Below, in pieces: positions 45,282-57,208 of a stretch of DNA of 64,000 bases. The stretch is from Rhynchopus sp. YZ270_cl-10 (lineage: Eukaryota). Numbering within the stretch: position 1 is the first letter of the stretch; each line of letters opens with the position of its first letter. The notes beneath the pieces were generated by a model, which saw nothing but the letters and a program-made list of their open reading frames with translations, searched no databases and was not told the DNA's origin. A program made the translations under genes and the position numbers. Location of the stretch: the NCBI GenBank assembly GCA_964035575.1, contig OZ037839.1, positions 1,674,001 through 1,738,000 on the forward strand, written 5' to 3'.

Positions 45282-46418
45282 GAGAAACAGAACAACGTTG
45301 TGTGGGCGCAAACATTCATCCAGGACGTTCCGTAAGTCGGTGGGTGTCTTGCGTCAATATTTCTTTTTAAAAAAAGCTTTTTTGTCGTGTGTAAACATCT
45401 GGGGATTTCCCTAAATCGGTAGGTGTCTTGAAAGGTGTTATCTACACGTTGTCAATTTTTCTAAAAGCATCGCTGTCAGCCTGACACAACAATACAGAGA
45501 ATCTTGCGTTCCATTATTTTCCTCCTGCTTTTCAAATCTCCATTGGTGGTAACTGTGTGCATACCATATGAAGTGCTCTCTCTGGGGTTAGATAACCTGC
45601 GAAACACCCATTGTCTTTGTCCGCCGATGAACGGTGAGGCGTTTGCACCTTCTTTTGCAACTTCTCTTATAAACTTTTCTCTTTATTTTTATGCTCTTTT
45701 AAGGATACTATTAAGAAGAATCGTGGCGTCTATCGTGTGATAGGCGTCTAAAATCAAACAAACTGTTCTTCATTTTATTCCTGCACCAACGTATTTTTGT
45801 TATGATTCCATGTAATGCTAAAAAGGAAATTGAACATCACACCACAACTCCCTTTTTTCTATTCTAGGGTTGGGTTGGAGCAGAGCCACATTTCACCGAG
45901 AGGTAGAAGTGTGTGTGTTTCACAACCTCTCCTTTATTGTTTGTGAGGGGTGGGGAAAACAAGAAAAAAAATATTGGAGCACACTCTAGGGTGGCTACAC
46001 TAATACAACCAAGTTTTCAAAAAAAGGAAAAGTAGGAGTGCATTCAATTTCTTTTTTTGATTTTATTGTTCCATTTTTTTTAAAGATACACTTGACAAGG
46101 AGAGGGCTGTGTATTGCAAAGTTTCTTTTTTGAATTGGCGAAAAATATTTATAAAAAAAAAAAAATCTGAGAAATGACATTGCAGCATGTCTGAGTTCTT
46201 GTATGCGGGTGGGGCATTTTATGAGGTTGTAGCTGACTGTAAGTTTTTCAAACTTGCGCCAGATCGCTACTTATTTTTTTATGGGGTACAAAATTGGTTA
46301 CAATGAGTGGTGTTCGTGAATTTACCACAAAATGCGCTACGAAATAGCGGGAGGGGGTGCCGTTAGGTATTGTTCTCAGGCCAAAATTTGGCATTTTTTT
46401 TGTGGCAAAAATGGTGGT

Positions 46419-47203
46419 TTTCAACTTACCTTCCTTCACCCCCCTGTAAGGGCAACCGTAGGTGAAGTAAGGTATAGTATTGAAATCGATGTGGGGGGGG
46501 GGAGTAAAGGGTCAATTTTACAAAACCAGATTTTGAGGAAAATTTTAGCCAAAAATGGGCTCCACGTATAAGCAACCGGGCTCATATTTCTCAAAATTTA
46601 AGTGGTCAAAAAATTGTCCAATTTTCGAGATTGACCCCACCACTGCACGGGCGGAGCCCAAAAATGCAAATAAGGACCCTTTTCAACTTACCTTCCTTCA
46701 CCCCCCTGTAAGGGCAACCGTAGGTGAAGTAAGGTATAGTATTGAAATCGATGTGGGGGGGGAGTAAAGGGTCAATTTTACAAAACCAGATTTTGAGGAA
46801 AATTTTAGCCGAAAATGGGCTCCACGTATAAGCAACCGGGCTCATATTTCTCAAAATTTAAGTGGTCAAAAAATTGTCCAATTTTCGAGATTGACCCCAC
46901 CACTGCACGGGCGGAGCCCAAAAATGCAAATAAGGACCCTTTTCAACTTACCTTCCTTCACCCCCCTGTAAGGGCAACCGTAGGTGAAGTAAGGTATAGT
47001 ATTGAAATCGATGTGGGGGGGGAGTAAAGGGTCAATTTTACAAAACCAGATTTTGAGGAAAATTTTAGCCGAAAATGGGCTCCACGTATAAGCAACCGGG
47101 CTCATATTTCTCAAAATTTAAGTGGTCAAAAAATTGTCCAATTTTCGAGATTGACCCCACCACTGCACGGGCGGAGCCCAAAAATGCAAATAAGGACCCT
47201 TTT
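46419..47203. repeat. 260-bp tandem repeat, 3 near-identical copies
   Basis: tttcaacttaccttccttcacccccc starts at 46419, 46681 and 46941; a diverged monomer lies at about 54160-54355. Confidence 0.95.
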
Positions 47204-48237
47204 AAATTTGTTCTCTTGAAATGTGTAATTTCATGTTTTCGCGAAAAAAATAACAACTGATCCTACGAGGGTTGAAGGAAGGTGGTTGAAAACAACAATA
47301 ACAACAAGGACAAGTAATTGCTAAGAAAAATGCGAGGTGTGTTGTGGAAAACTCCGCGCGATTTTCGAAACCACCGTAGTATCCTGGCGATTTGCTGGAG
47401 GTGCTGATGCGCCTGGTGTGATCGATGTGTTGTTGTCTGTGCATTCTGTGTTCCTTCCGCACTGCTCCAACGACGACGACAATGTGGGGAGCCTGTGGAC
47501 AAAAACGAGCTGGACCACGCCGAGCCTGCCGAGCGGGCGTCCAACAACGCTATCGAGCAGATGGTGCTGGACGAAGACAGCCCCCCTTCTTGAACGTTTC
47601 AGATGCTGGCGTCCCAGTGGGTCTGGCAGCGTACGAAGAGCGTTAGCATACCTACAGAAGAGCAGAATGCTGGGCGTGTTGTAGATTATTTCTACAGGAT
47701 GGAGTTCCACATCACACCCCGTTTTTTTTCCGATAGCAATTACTTGTTTTTCACTCCGAGAAACCGTATGGAAAAGTCTGATTTTTGAAGTCAATTTTAC
47801 GCTTAAACTCCACTAAACGAACTTGCGTTTGTTTGTTTGTTTCAACTTATTTTGACTGATATGCGTTTTTTTAGCACGTTTTTCAACTATTTCTTTTATT
47901 TCGGGCCCCCCCTTTTTTTTTAACTCCCTCTTCCTCTCCCCACCCCTCCTTTCCCCCCCTTTTCTCTTTTCATCCACCCTCCCATCCACCCTCCTACTCC
48001 TTTCACGACAGAGTCTTGGAGCCATTTCTTCTTCTAAAGGAGACGAAGCTGGTGGATAAAACTCCATCTTTCGATTGAAAATTATATCTTAATCTTCTAA
48101 ACTCCACCACCACCACACTGTCCAAATCTGTTCTTAATTCACACCTTTCACATACAGACCAAAAAAAAAAAATCGTACAATAGTAGCGTTTCACCCCACA
48201 GCTTTTGGGGCACTGTGACTGTACCCCCCCTACGCTG

Positions 48238-51200
48238 ATGCCTGCGCGCAGCAGAGGGATGGTGTGGGTGATGTTGGCATTGCTCGTTGCCTGTGTATCT
48301 GCTGACTATACCAAGCAGGTTGGTGTGCTAAATGTGGGCGACGAGGTGATGGGGCTGGCCGCACACAAGGACATCGTCAGCGCAGGCAACTCATATCTCT
48401 ATTTGGCTGGAGGCACCACAGGACTCATTGTGCTTGACGTTTCGAACAACGCTCCTACCGTAGCGCACATTGAAGCCATCATCGGAGGTGCACATCACAT
48501 TGTCCGCACCGTATCCGGCCTTCTTGCCGTCTTTTCCGAGACGGAAATGCATCTGTTCGACCCATCAGCCTCAAATACCGCACCGCCTAATGTCGGAAGC
48601 TATTCTATCAGTGGCGTAACAGCAGCGACGGTGGATGAGACGGGTGAAGTTGTGTACGTTGCAGGGTGCGAGGTTGCGTTTTGTTTTGTAAAAGCGGTGT
48701 CAGTGTCGGACCCGCAGAACCCTGCTGTGCTGGGGTGGGCTGACGGGCTGAACCTTCCGCTTGCAAATTTCGGCGGTGCCGCTGCTGTGTACAACCGTCA
48801 TCTCTTCGTTGCAGGGAGTGGCGCCGAAGGCGTCCGCGTCTACTCCACCGTCGCAATGTCCCTGGGCACCGCAGTCGCCGCGGTGTCCACCCTCGCCGTC
48901 CCCTCCCTCACAATAGTGTCCGCCCTCTCTGCTGTGGGAGGAAAGCTTTACATCGCAGGCGACACCTTCGCCACAGCAGATTTGGCGGTCACCTCAGCGC
49001 CAACGCTGTTGGTGGCAGACTTCTCTGTTGTGCCGTCGAAAGCCCCGGGGAGTCTCCGATATGTCTCCGTGGTGAACGGTGCGGCGCACTTCTGTGTAAA
49101 CGGCGAAGCGGAGGTGGAGGTGGTGGGCGTGCAGGGTGTGGTGCCTGAGGCGTTGTACAGTATGGCCATTGGCGCGTCGTGTCGTGATGTGCGTCCCATA
49201 GGTGATGTCATGTATGTGGCGGCAGGGCAGGCGCTCGAGATATATTTGGAGGTGCCCAGGACGGAGGTGCCGGACACAGCTGCGCCGCCCACGCCAGCCC
49301 CGCCGACGGCGGTGCCAACAGTAGCGCCACCAACGCCAGCGCCGGTCACCGAGGTGCCGAGAACAGAGGTGCCGCCAACGGACGCCCCGGCAACAGATGC
49401 GCCGGCCACCGAAGTGCCCGGTACGGTGTCGCCGGCAACACCGGCCCCGCAGACGGAGGCGCCACTGACAGACGCACCCGCCACAACAGCGCCAGACACC
49501 GATGTGCCATCAACGGATGCGCCCGAGACAGTTGCCCCGACAGCTGCGCCAGCAACGGACGCTCCATTAACGGAAGCGCCGTTGACAGACGCGCCAAGAA
49601 CGGATGTGCCCTTGACCACTGCGCCGTTGACAGACGCGCCGGCAACACTGCCGCCACGTACTGAAGTGCCGAGCACAGAGGCTCCTGAGACTGAGGTGCC
49701 AGCGACGGTGGTGCCCGACACATCTGTGCCGACGTTTGTTCCGACAGAAGTGCCGGCTGTCCCAACAGCGGTGCCCACAGTCGTGCCCACAGCGGTGCCG
49801 GCAGTGCCTACGACAGCCCCAGAGACCACGCCAGCACCGACCTCCACCCCGGTGGTGAAGAGCACGTTCGTGCCGCAGGTCACTTCAGCCCCGCCGTCGC
49901 TTGCACCAGCGCAGACGACTGTGGTGCCAATGACTCTTGTTGCTGATGCTGAGATGCGCCCAGAGCAGGTACGCAGTGGACTGCGCATCGCGGTCGTGCC
50001 CGGTGGTGCAGGCGGTGCAGGTGGTGCAGGTATCAACGCCGTGCCCGGCCCGCTTGCAGTGAAGCTCGAACACCCAGGTGGCAGCTTCATCGCAGCGCAG
50101 GGGCGCAGCTGTGGACGCTTTGGCGATCCCTGTGTAGTATTGGTATGCACGTTGCTGCTTATTGTGTCCTGCTGTGTTTAGCCTCTTTCCCCCCTTCCCC
50201 CAATAAGTCTCTTTCCTCCACACCTCCACAACAGAAAACCCACATGTCCCCCTCGGATCTGGAGCACGGCTTCGCTGCGAACGCCGCGACCGGCGACTTT
50301 GTCACGGCAGAGGTGTGTACCCCTCCTCCACCTCCACCTCACCCACACACCACACCACAGGTCACCTCAGACGGCTCCGTCGAGATCGCCGTAGGGCGCA
50401 CGGAAGGATACTGGTTCAACCCACCTTCAGAGGACAAGCTTGAGGTCTTTGTCGCAAGCTCCATCGCCACCTCTGCAGACAGCAACACGGGGTGCGGGGC
50501 ACACACAGTCGACGCGAACGAGGTGAACCCTGCGCTGGAGCAGAGCATGAACTGCACCTGCGTGGGCTGCAATGCTGCCTTCACACTGCACAACGAGGCG
50601 CCTGAGCCTGTCGTTAGCGCTGCCGATGCGCAGGCCATGGCCGCACAGAAGGACGCCGTCACCGTCGTCATATTCGCCTCGGCCGCAGTCGGACCAATGG
50701 TCAGCATGGCCGCAGGCGGGCATCTTGTAAAGCTCTCTGTCCTGACACGCCTCTGCCCTTCCCAAGGACGCATCAAGCTGGACCGCACCCTCAACCCCCT
50801 CGGCCTGCAGCTCGGCGAGGACGACCGCACCAAGGAGATCAACGGCGCCCTTGTCGCTGGTATTGCCATTCAGATGGCCTTGGTGCTGTGCTCCTTCCTC
50901 GTTGCCAGTGTGCTGGCGTGCCGGCTATCGAAGAAGCGTGCTGCAGCACGGCTCGCCTCGGAGGACCTTCTCAACGAAGACATCGAGGGGAAGACGAAGG
51001 TGGAGAAGGTGTACCTCCAAGGGGTGAGGAAGTCCGACACACAGTACCTCCTGGCCCGCTCGCGGTTCGGGTGGATTGTGATGCCGTCCTCCTTCCTCTT
51101 TGGAGGTGCCTCTATGTCCTGCGCCTCCGCGCTCATGTACTCATCAGCACCATTTAAGCTTCTTGCCGCCGCCGACATGGTCATTTTCTTAGGAGGCATG

Positions 51201-53336
51201 GTGTACTTTTGTGTGTGGTCCTCCCGCTCTGCACATAAATACTGCTCATTAGTTCCATTTGAGGTACCAGAAAAGGGGCGTCCATGGTATCACATCTGCT
51301 TTTGGGGGCATGAGGAATATGTCCCGCACCGCACCTCAGTTGCCGCGATCTGGTCGGAACTGCACCACATCGTGTACGACTGCTACCAAAACCGTTCGAA
51401 GTACTTTTTGACATTTGAACTGTTAACCTCTTTTTTGATCGGCGCGATTGCAGGGTGGCATCCCCCGACGAAGACCTGGTGCTGGACGAAGTCTGGGTTG
51501 ATGCAGGGGGTGCTGGTTGTACACTTTATCGCTTTGTTGACGATGCGCCCGTACCTCCCATACTTCGAGAACATCATGGAAACTGCGATTGTCGCTGCCG
51601 AGATCGTTGCCCTCTCATTCGTTCTTCTTGCGATGGGTGATGATGCGCATCGGCCGGGTACTTCTATGGCTTCGTTGTATGCGACTAAGACGGCGCTGTT
51701 AGTTATGTACATGATTTCGTTCAAAGCGTTGGTAGACATGATCGTTTTCATCATCGACGAATATATTGTATGGAAAGAACTCCGCGAGGACCCCGAAGGT
51801 GTCTCACACATCCGCAGCAGCTTTATACTCCACATTCTCTGCTGCGGCAACTCTATGAGGGGACAGCGTCTACGTGACCACGTGACCTACGAAACAACTA
51901 ATGTCGACCTAGCTCTGGCCGACATGGACTTCGATGGGAGTCTTGCCAAAGACAGCTATATGGGGGTGGAGGAGGTGGCCAGTCTATCCTCAGGGACGTT
52001 GTCGCCACGGTCCAACCTTAGCCCAAGACATTTATTGGCGGAGGAAGGTGTGTTGTGCGAGGTCGCGTATGATCGGCCTGCGGGGCGGTATGGAGGCCGT
52101 GGTGGAGGGTTGGGGGATATGCCACGAAATGGGTCTGCCGCGCTGTTGAATGATACTGCGAATTCGATGAGGACACCTCTCCGGTCGGACTCAAATTTGA
52201 GCGTTTTTTCACCAAATCTGCGGGTCAGAAGAGGCAGCGTGTCTTCCACCTCCACAGACAGGATTGAACCCCCAAGACGACCCAAAAGGATGAACAGCAT
52301 CTTCAAATCTCCTCCACAAGCCTACGACGAGGAGGTCCTCGCACCCGAAATCCCACTAAGCAAACGCCGGTCCAGAGCAAACCTCATTGACCTCCGTGAC
52401 CACATCCCTGAACAAAAAAATCCGTTCGATGAGTTCCCTACCCCCTTGGGTGCTGACCACTCCTCCACCAGTCCTCTGGTCAACGTCAGCACCCCAGAAA
52501 GCGAAGAAGGGCAGGATAGCCCGGTGGAGCAATCCAACTCCCAGGAGCACCCGCTACTGAAGAGAGGTCAGCGCGCGCAAAGCTTTGTGCTAGGCAACGC
52601 TGCTGTCCCGACACGCAAGCCTGGAGAAGGGAGTGTCACTTCGAACGACGCAATTCCGGTTCCCCACAAACGGCTGGCACGCAGACACAGCGCCATGGTC
52701 GCAAAGGATTCTCCAGGTAGCGACGCTGGGGCACCTCCACTTCCTCCTACGGTCGACCCTTTGAAACGCACGCAAACCATGTTGCCACCTCGCAAGGCTG
52801 CGGGTATGACGAAGAACAGCTTCACAATCACCCCGCCCGAAGAGGAAGAGGTTGTCATTACACCAGACTTCGAAGGGTTTATCGACTCAGATGGGTTTGA
52901 GAAGGTACCGTATCTCACACCAGCGAGATATAGAAAACGGAAGAAGAAGAAGCCCGAGGCCGCACCTTTGGCGAGAACTGGCAGCACAAAGAGCTTCTTA
53001 GGTGCAGACAACGTAGAGGAAGAGCAAGGTGCCCTAAACGACAGCACAGCAGGCCGCAGAATGACCCGAAGGCGAAGCTCCTGCAAAAACGGCTGGCTCC
53101 GTGGCGACAACAGCCCCCTCGGTGGAAGCGCAAAAGAGGATACAGGAGGTGCCCCGCCTCTCCCCCCACATACCACAGCACAGCGGCGAACCCCCGTAGG
53201 GGATGCAAGGGAGGGTGCAGGAACCACGTCACTTCAGCGAGGTGGCAGAACAAGTTCCTTCGTAAGGGGGAACAGCTCCTTTGGTGGTATCCCAAGGTCG
53301 GCATCGGTGTCGTCTGCGGTGGAGGTGCGGTTATAA
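48238..53336 (+). CDS. Large surface receptor-like protein: signal peptide, LVIVD-like beta-propeller, Pro/Thr mucin-like stalk, multi-TM domain, long disordered tail; exons 48238-50142, 50235-50312, 50361-53336 (about 1652 aa)
   Basis: Phase-0 intron GT(50143)..CAACAG(50234) joins ORFs 48205 and 50145. A second in-frame 48-nt GT..CACAG intron is likely. YLYLAGGTTGLIVLDVSN-type repeats, TDAP/TEVP repeats, several hydrophobic helices. Confidence 0.8.
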
Positions 53337-53544
53337 AAAAAGGGGAGGAGAGAGGAAGGAAAAAATAATGGTGGAATTCCATCTTTGTATATTGTTATGG
53401 TGGTCGCACCTTGGGGTTGAAATTTACACAAAAAAAAAAAAAAAAAAAAAACTAGAAATCTGTTGGCCGCAGGGTACTTTGGTGCTTTCATCCGGATGGC
53501 TGGCATCGTACAGTGGGTCAGTCGGAGGTGTGCATCAATAACTA

Positions 53545-54548
53545 AACCCCCTTCACAGCTATTGTTTACATATTTTTATGTACCGTCTTTTGAAAAAATA
53601 TGGACCAGAAATAACATGGACCAGAATAATGATGGACCAGAACAATCATGGACCTTTTGGGATTTTTTTTTTTTATGGACCTATTTTTCTGGTCCGACAT
53701 ATGTGTGGGGGTTTTTTTGTACTTGTCCAGAATTTTGACAGGGAGTCGCGCGCGCGAAGCGCGTGCGACGACCGCTTGTGTGGGGAGAAAGCTCGGAATG
53801 GGGGGTTTTTTTTTTGAACTTGTCCGGAAAGCTCGGAATGGGTCTACCGGGCCACATATGAGCCGAGATGCCCCGCCAACGTGCGGTACCGAAAGCTCGG
53901 AATGGGTCTGAAAATGGACAAGTTCAAAAAAAAAAACCTAACACAGATGGACCAGAAATAACATGGACCAGAACAATGATGGACCAGAACAATTATGGAC
54001 TTTTTGGGATTTTTTTTTATTATGGACCTATTTTTCTGGTCCATAATTTTTCAAAAGACGGTAAATAGTATTCGTGCATGTAAATAATACATGTAAATAA
54101 TTTAAATGTAAATAGTACATGTAAATAATTATTACTCATGTATTGTTTACATTTTCCACACCTCCCCTGTAGGGTAACCGAAGGTGAAGTGAGGTATAGT
54201 ATTGAAATTGATGTGGGTGAAGGGTCAATTTTACAAACTCGGATTTTGTGAAACTTTTTGGCCGAAAATGGGCCCCACCTAGTGACCGGGCTCATATTTT
54301 CCAAAATTTAAGTGGTCAAAAAATTGTCCAATTTTCAACATCGACCCCACCACTTTCTGGACAGATTCCGGAAATGCCAAAAAAATGTGTTTTGGGTCAC
54401 GAATCCGCACCCCGTCACCAAAAATCGGCAAAAAAAAGGGGGTGGAAATAAATAATTCGAATGTAAATAGTAATTGGATGTAAATAATAGCTGTGAATAA
54501 TTATATGTAAACAATACCTGTATGTAAACAATAGCTGGGAGGGGGGTT
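53545..54548. mobile_element. MITE with TIR AACCCCCYTCMCAGCTATTGTTTACATA and TA TSD
   Basis: Inverted termini; removing it restores aataactaccat, as in the uninterrupted host repeat at about 57790. Confidence 0.75.
53583..54061. mobile_element. Nested pogo-type MITE (TA|CCGTCTTTTGAAAAA) with ATGGACCAGAA subterminal repeats
   Basis: taccgtcttttgaaaaaatatggaccagaaa and tttctggtccataatttttcaaaagacggta. Confidence 0.85.
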
Positions 54549-54922
54549 TACCATTTTTTTTATTTTTATTTTTGAAAACAGTATATTTTTTTGGTAACGT
54601 GGTCACCATCGTGGTGATCTCCATTCCACACTGTCGTTTTGAGGTGACTAAGCACACGAGAGGCTTATGTTTATCTTGCTACACTTTTTCGTTCTTATTT
54701 TCAAGCAATATGCCAACGGCATGTTTTTACCCTTTTTCCTCCCCATTTTTTTCGTCCCAAAATCACTTCCCCCCCTTTCCCCCCCCCACGATCCGATTGT
54801 GTCTTGTCTGTTTTCTGTTTCGTTCGTTCATTTGAATTTATGTGAGTGTGGTTGTTCGCCACAGCCCCCCCTATATTTTTTTCCTCTTTTTCATCACCTT
54901 CTATTCAGTAGAATAGTTAGTA

Positions 54923-55903
54923 CCGTAGTCGGAAAAATGTTGTAACGGAATAATGTTGTAACGCTGGAAAAAATGGCCCAGCGTTACAACATTATTCCGT
55001 TACAACATTTTTTTGGGGTTTATTTTTGTCTTAGGGATTTTTGCTGGTGCGGGGGTGGTTTTTGAAAAGAAAAATTTTGTGCCTCTGACGTGGTGAAAAA
55101 AGGGCGGGGGGCGGGGGGACAACGGATGTGACAGTTCCACCGCTGGCGCGGATTATGCGCAACAAGTGCATCACCGTTGCACTCTCTTCGGGAGACAGCA
55201 CGCTCGGTCGGCCGCGATTCGGCTCCGTCGGGGCAGGCATGTCGACTCCGTTAAGGGAGTTCCGCAGCTTCAGTGCCTCCTCCTCCCTGAACTTCTTGAA
55301 CAGGCGGCTCAGGGTTCCTTTCACCAGGACGCGTCGTGGGGGGTCTGCGCGGGGGTCGTTCCAGTAAGCCAGCGTCCTGTTCAGGTCGCCAGCCCTGTCC
55401 CGGCAGGCTTGTCCGATCTGCCGCCGCTCCTCGAGGGAAAAAGACTTCCCCTTTCCCGCTCGCGTGCTGCTTGCAGCGCTGACCTCATTTGCGACAGCAC
55501 GAGATGTGCTGTCGTCTAGCCCCACTGCGCTTGCGGCGCTACCAGCAAGGAACGCCAGGTTGGGGGCATCTCCTCCTTCCGAAACAGGCTCGTGGGGATT
55601 GCGGCGCTTGCAGAATTGGGCTAATCCCATTTGTTTCATTTTTTATTTGGGTGAGGGGTGGGGGAGGACGTCGAAAAACCTGAAACACTAATTATCGGCT
55701 TGAAATTGGGGTGTGGTGTGTGAGGTTGGGGATTATGCCGACTGTTCCAAAAAAAATCCCTAATACAAAGTTCACCCCAGTCATAAAAATGTTGTAACGG
55801 AATAAAGTTACAACTTCCCGCGATCCGCAGCGTTACAACATTATTCCGTTACAACATTTTTACGTTCCAACATTTTTACGTTGCAACATTTTTCCGACTA
55901 CGG
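54923..55903 (-). mobile_element. Internally deleted pogo/Tigger-like transposon retaining the N-terminal DNA-binding part (ORF 55031-55639)
   Basis: TA|CCGTAGTCGGAAAAATGTTG TIRs and TGTTGTAACG subterminal repeats. SFSLEERRQI and RGRPSVLSPEE..MHLLRIIRASGGTVT resemble CENP-B/Tc5 HTH domains. No DDE domain. Confidence 0.8.
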
Positions 55904-57077
55904 TATATGAAACAATTTTTTTTTCAGTACCTGCGCCCGGGCGATGTACGGTGAGGTGTTTGCACTTTTCAGCTTCTCTATTTTCTCTTTTTTTTCTTTT
56001 TTTTCTTTCATCTTTTCACATTTTAACAACAAAAATTTGATGATATCTGATAATATCCCTTGTGAGGAGTTTCTCTTCTTTTGGTTAGAGAAAGTATCTG
56101 CAGTCAATTTTTCCTGGTTTTCTTCAAGGTTGGCATAAAGGCAAGGCTTAGGTTCATCTTATCAACTGTTTTCCCCCTCTCTTTGTGTGTCACAGATCCC
56201 AGCATCCCCTTCTTTTTGCGGAAGGTTACCCCAAGAAAATTTGACCAAACTTATTTGGATTGCCAAGTTTTTCTTGGGGTATTGTTTTTGGGATGGAATG
56301 CCCACCTGATTTTGACTCTGGGTTTGGCGGTGTTCGGCTGGCCGGCAAAACATCGGTGAACACTGGGGCAAAAAATCAGGTGACGTGATGTACCTGCAAA
56401 CTAATATTTCAACAACAATAAAGACAGTGGAGATTTGCACAACTGTGGCAACACAACCGAGGCAACTACACTACTCCAACAATTTATCAACAAAGAAAGA
56501 AAATACCAATAACTCCCTTACAAGGCCCAAACCCCCCGCTGTGCGAGCACTTTCCAATGCAGACATGCTGCATCTCTCTTTTTGTTTTTGTTCTCCAAAA
56601 AAAAATTTTTTTTTTGCGTGTTTTTTAAAACAGACAAAACACCGAAAAAAAAAAAAAAAAAAAGCAACAAAAAATCTGCACAAGAACACCGCGTCTTCTC
56701 TTTGCTCGTTTCTCTCCCTCTGATGGGGTTTCCTTCCGCCTGCCCCATATTTTCAGTCACACCCTTAGAAACAAGAACAAACATCCCAAACAAAAAAGCA
56801 AAACAAAAAAATACTTCATAAAAACCCATTCGAAACCCCCTTAGAAAGAAAGTGACCCCTCATCCCCCCTTGGATTTTTTTTTGGATTGTGGGGAAGGCT
56901 CAGGGCTAGGGCTGATAGCTTCCCCCGTTTCGCATGAAACTGAAAAGTGGTAAAAAGATTGTGTGCTCCACGACTATGGCAGCTTTTCTTTGTTTTCAAA
57001 GACGGGGGCAGGGTTTTGAAAGACCACGTGTTCCCAGTACCCCCATGCCTACAAAGAGGGTCCGTCGTAATATCATA

Positions 57078-57208
57078 CCGTAATCGTAAGAATTCTGGGA
57101 CGTAAAATTTTTGGGACGTAAATATTCTGGGACGTAACAAAACTGGGACGTTTTGGACTTTTTTTAAACTTGGGACATTTTTACGTCCCAGAATATTTAC
57201 GATTACGG
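57078..57208. mobile_element. 131-bp pogo-type MITE (TA TSD)
   Basis: TA|ccgtaatcgtaagaattctgggacgtaaaa ... ttttacgtcccagaatatttacgattacgg|TA. Confidence 0.85.

Larger units (their letters stand above)
34518..45330 (+). repeat. Recent tandem segmental duplication of a UBL-LRR + UBL-DUF4246 gene pair (units about 34518-39516 and 39517-45330)
   Basis: Intergenic and DUF4246 sequences are nearly identical between units; the length difference is mostly 825 bp of LRR repeats. Confidence 0.95.

Noticed and set aside
39517..45330. Second duplication unit as a pure assembly artefact
   Set aside because: The units differ by point substitutions and by LRR unit number and order, which a simple duplicated read would not give. 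Two haplotypes assembled in tandem remains possible.
46555..47260. Repeated 61-82-aa ORFs
   Set aside because: By-products of the 260-bp tandem repeat; AT-rich and unlike the codon style of the real genes.
53465..53543. 80-nt repeat as a tRNA, hammerhead or HDV-like ribozyme
   Set aside because: No cloverleaf or convincing B box, no CUGANGA core on either strand, and no HDV nested pseudoknot that I could build.
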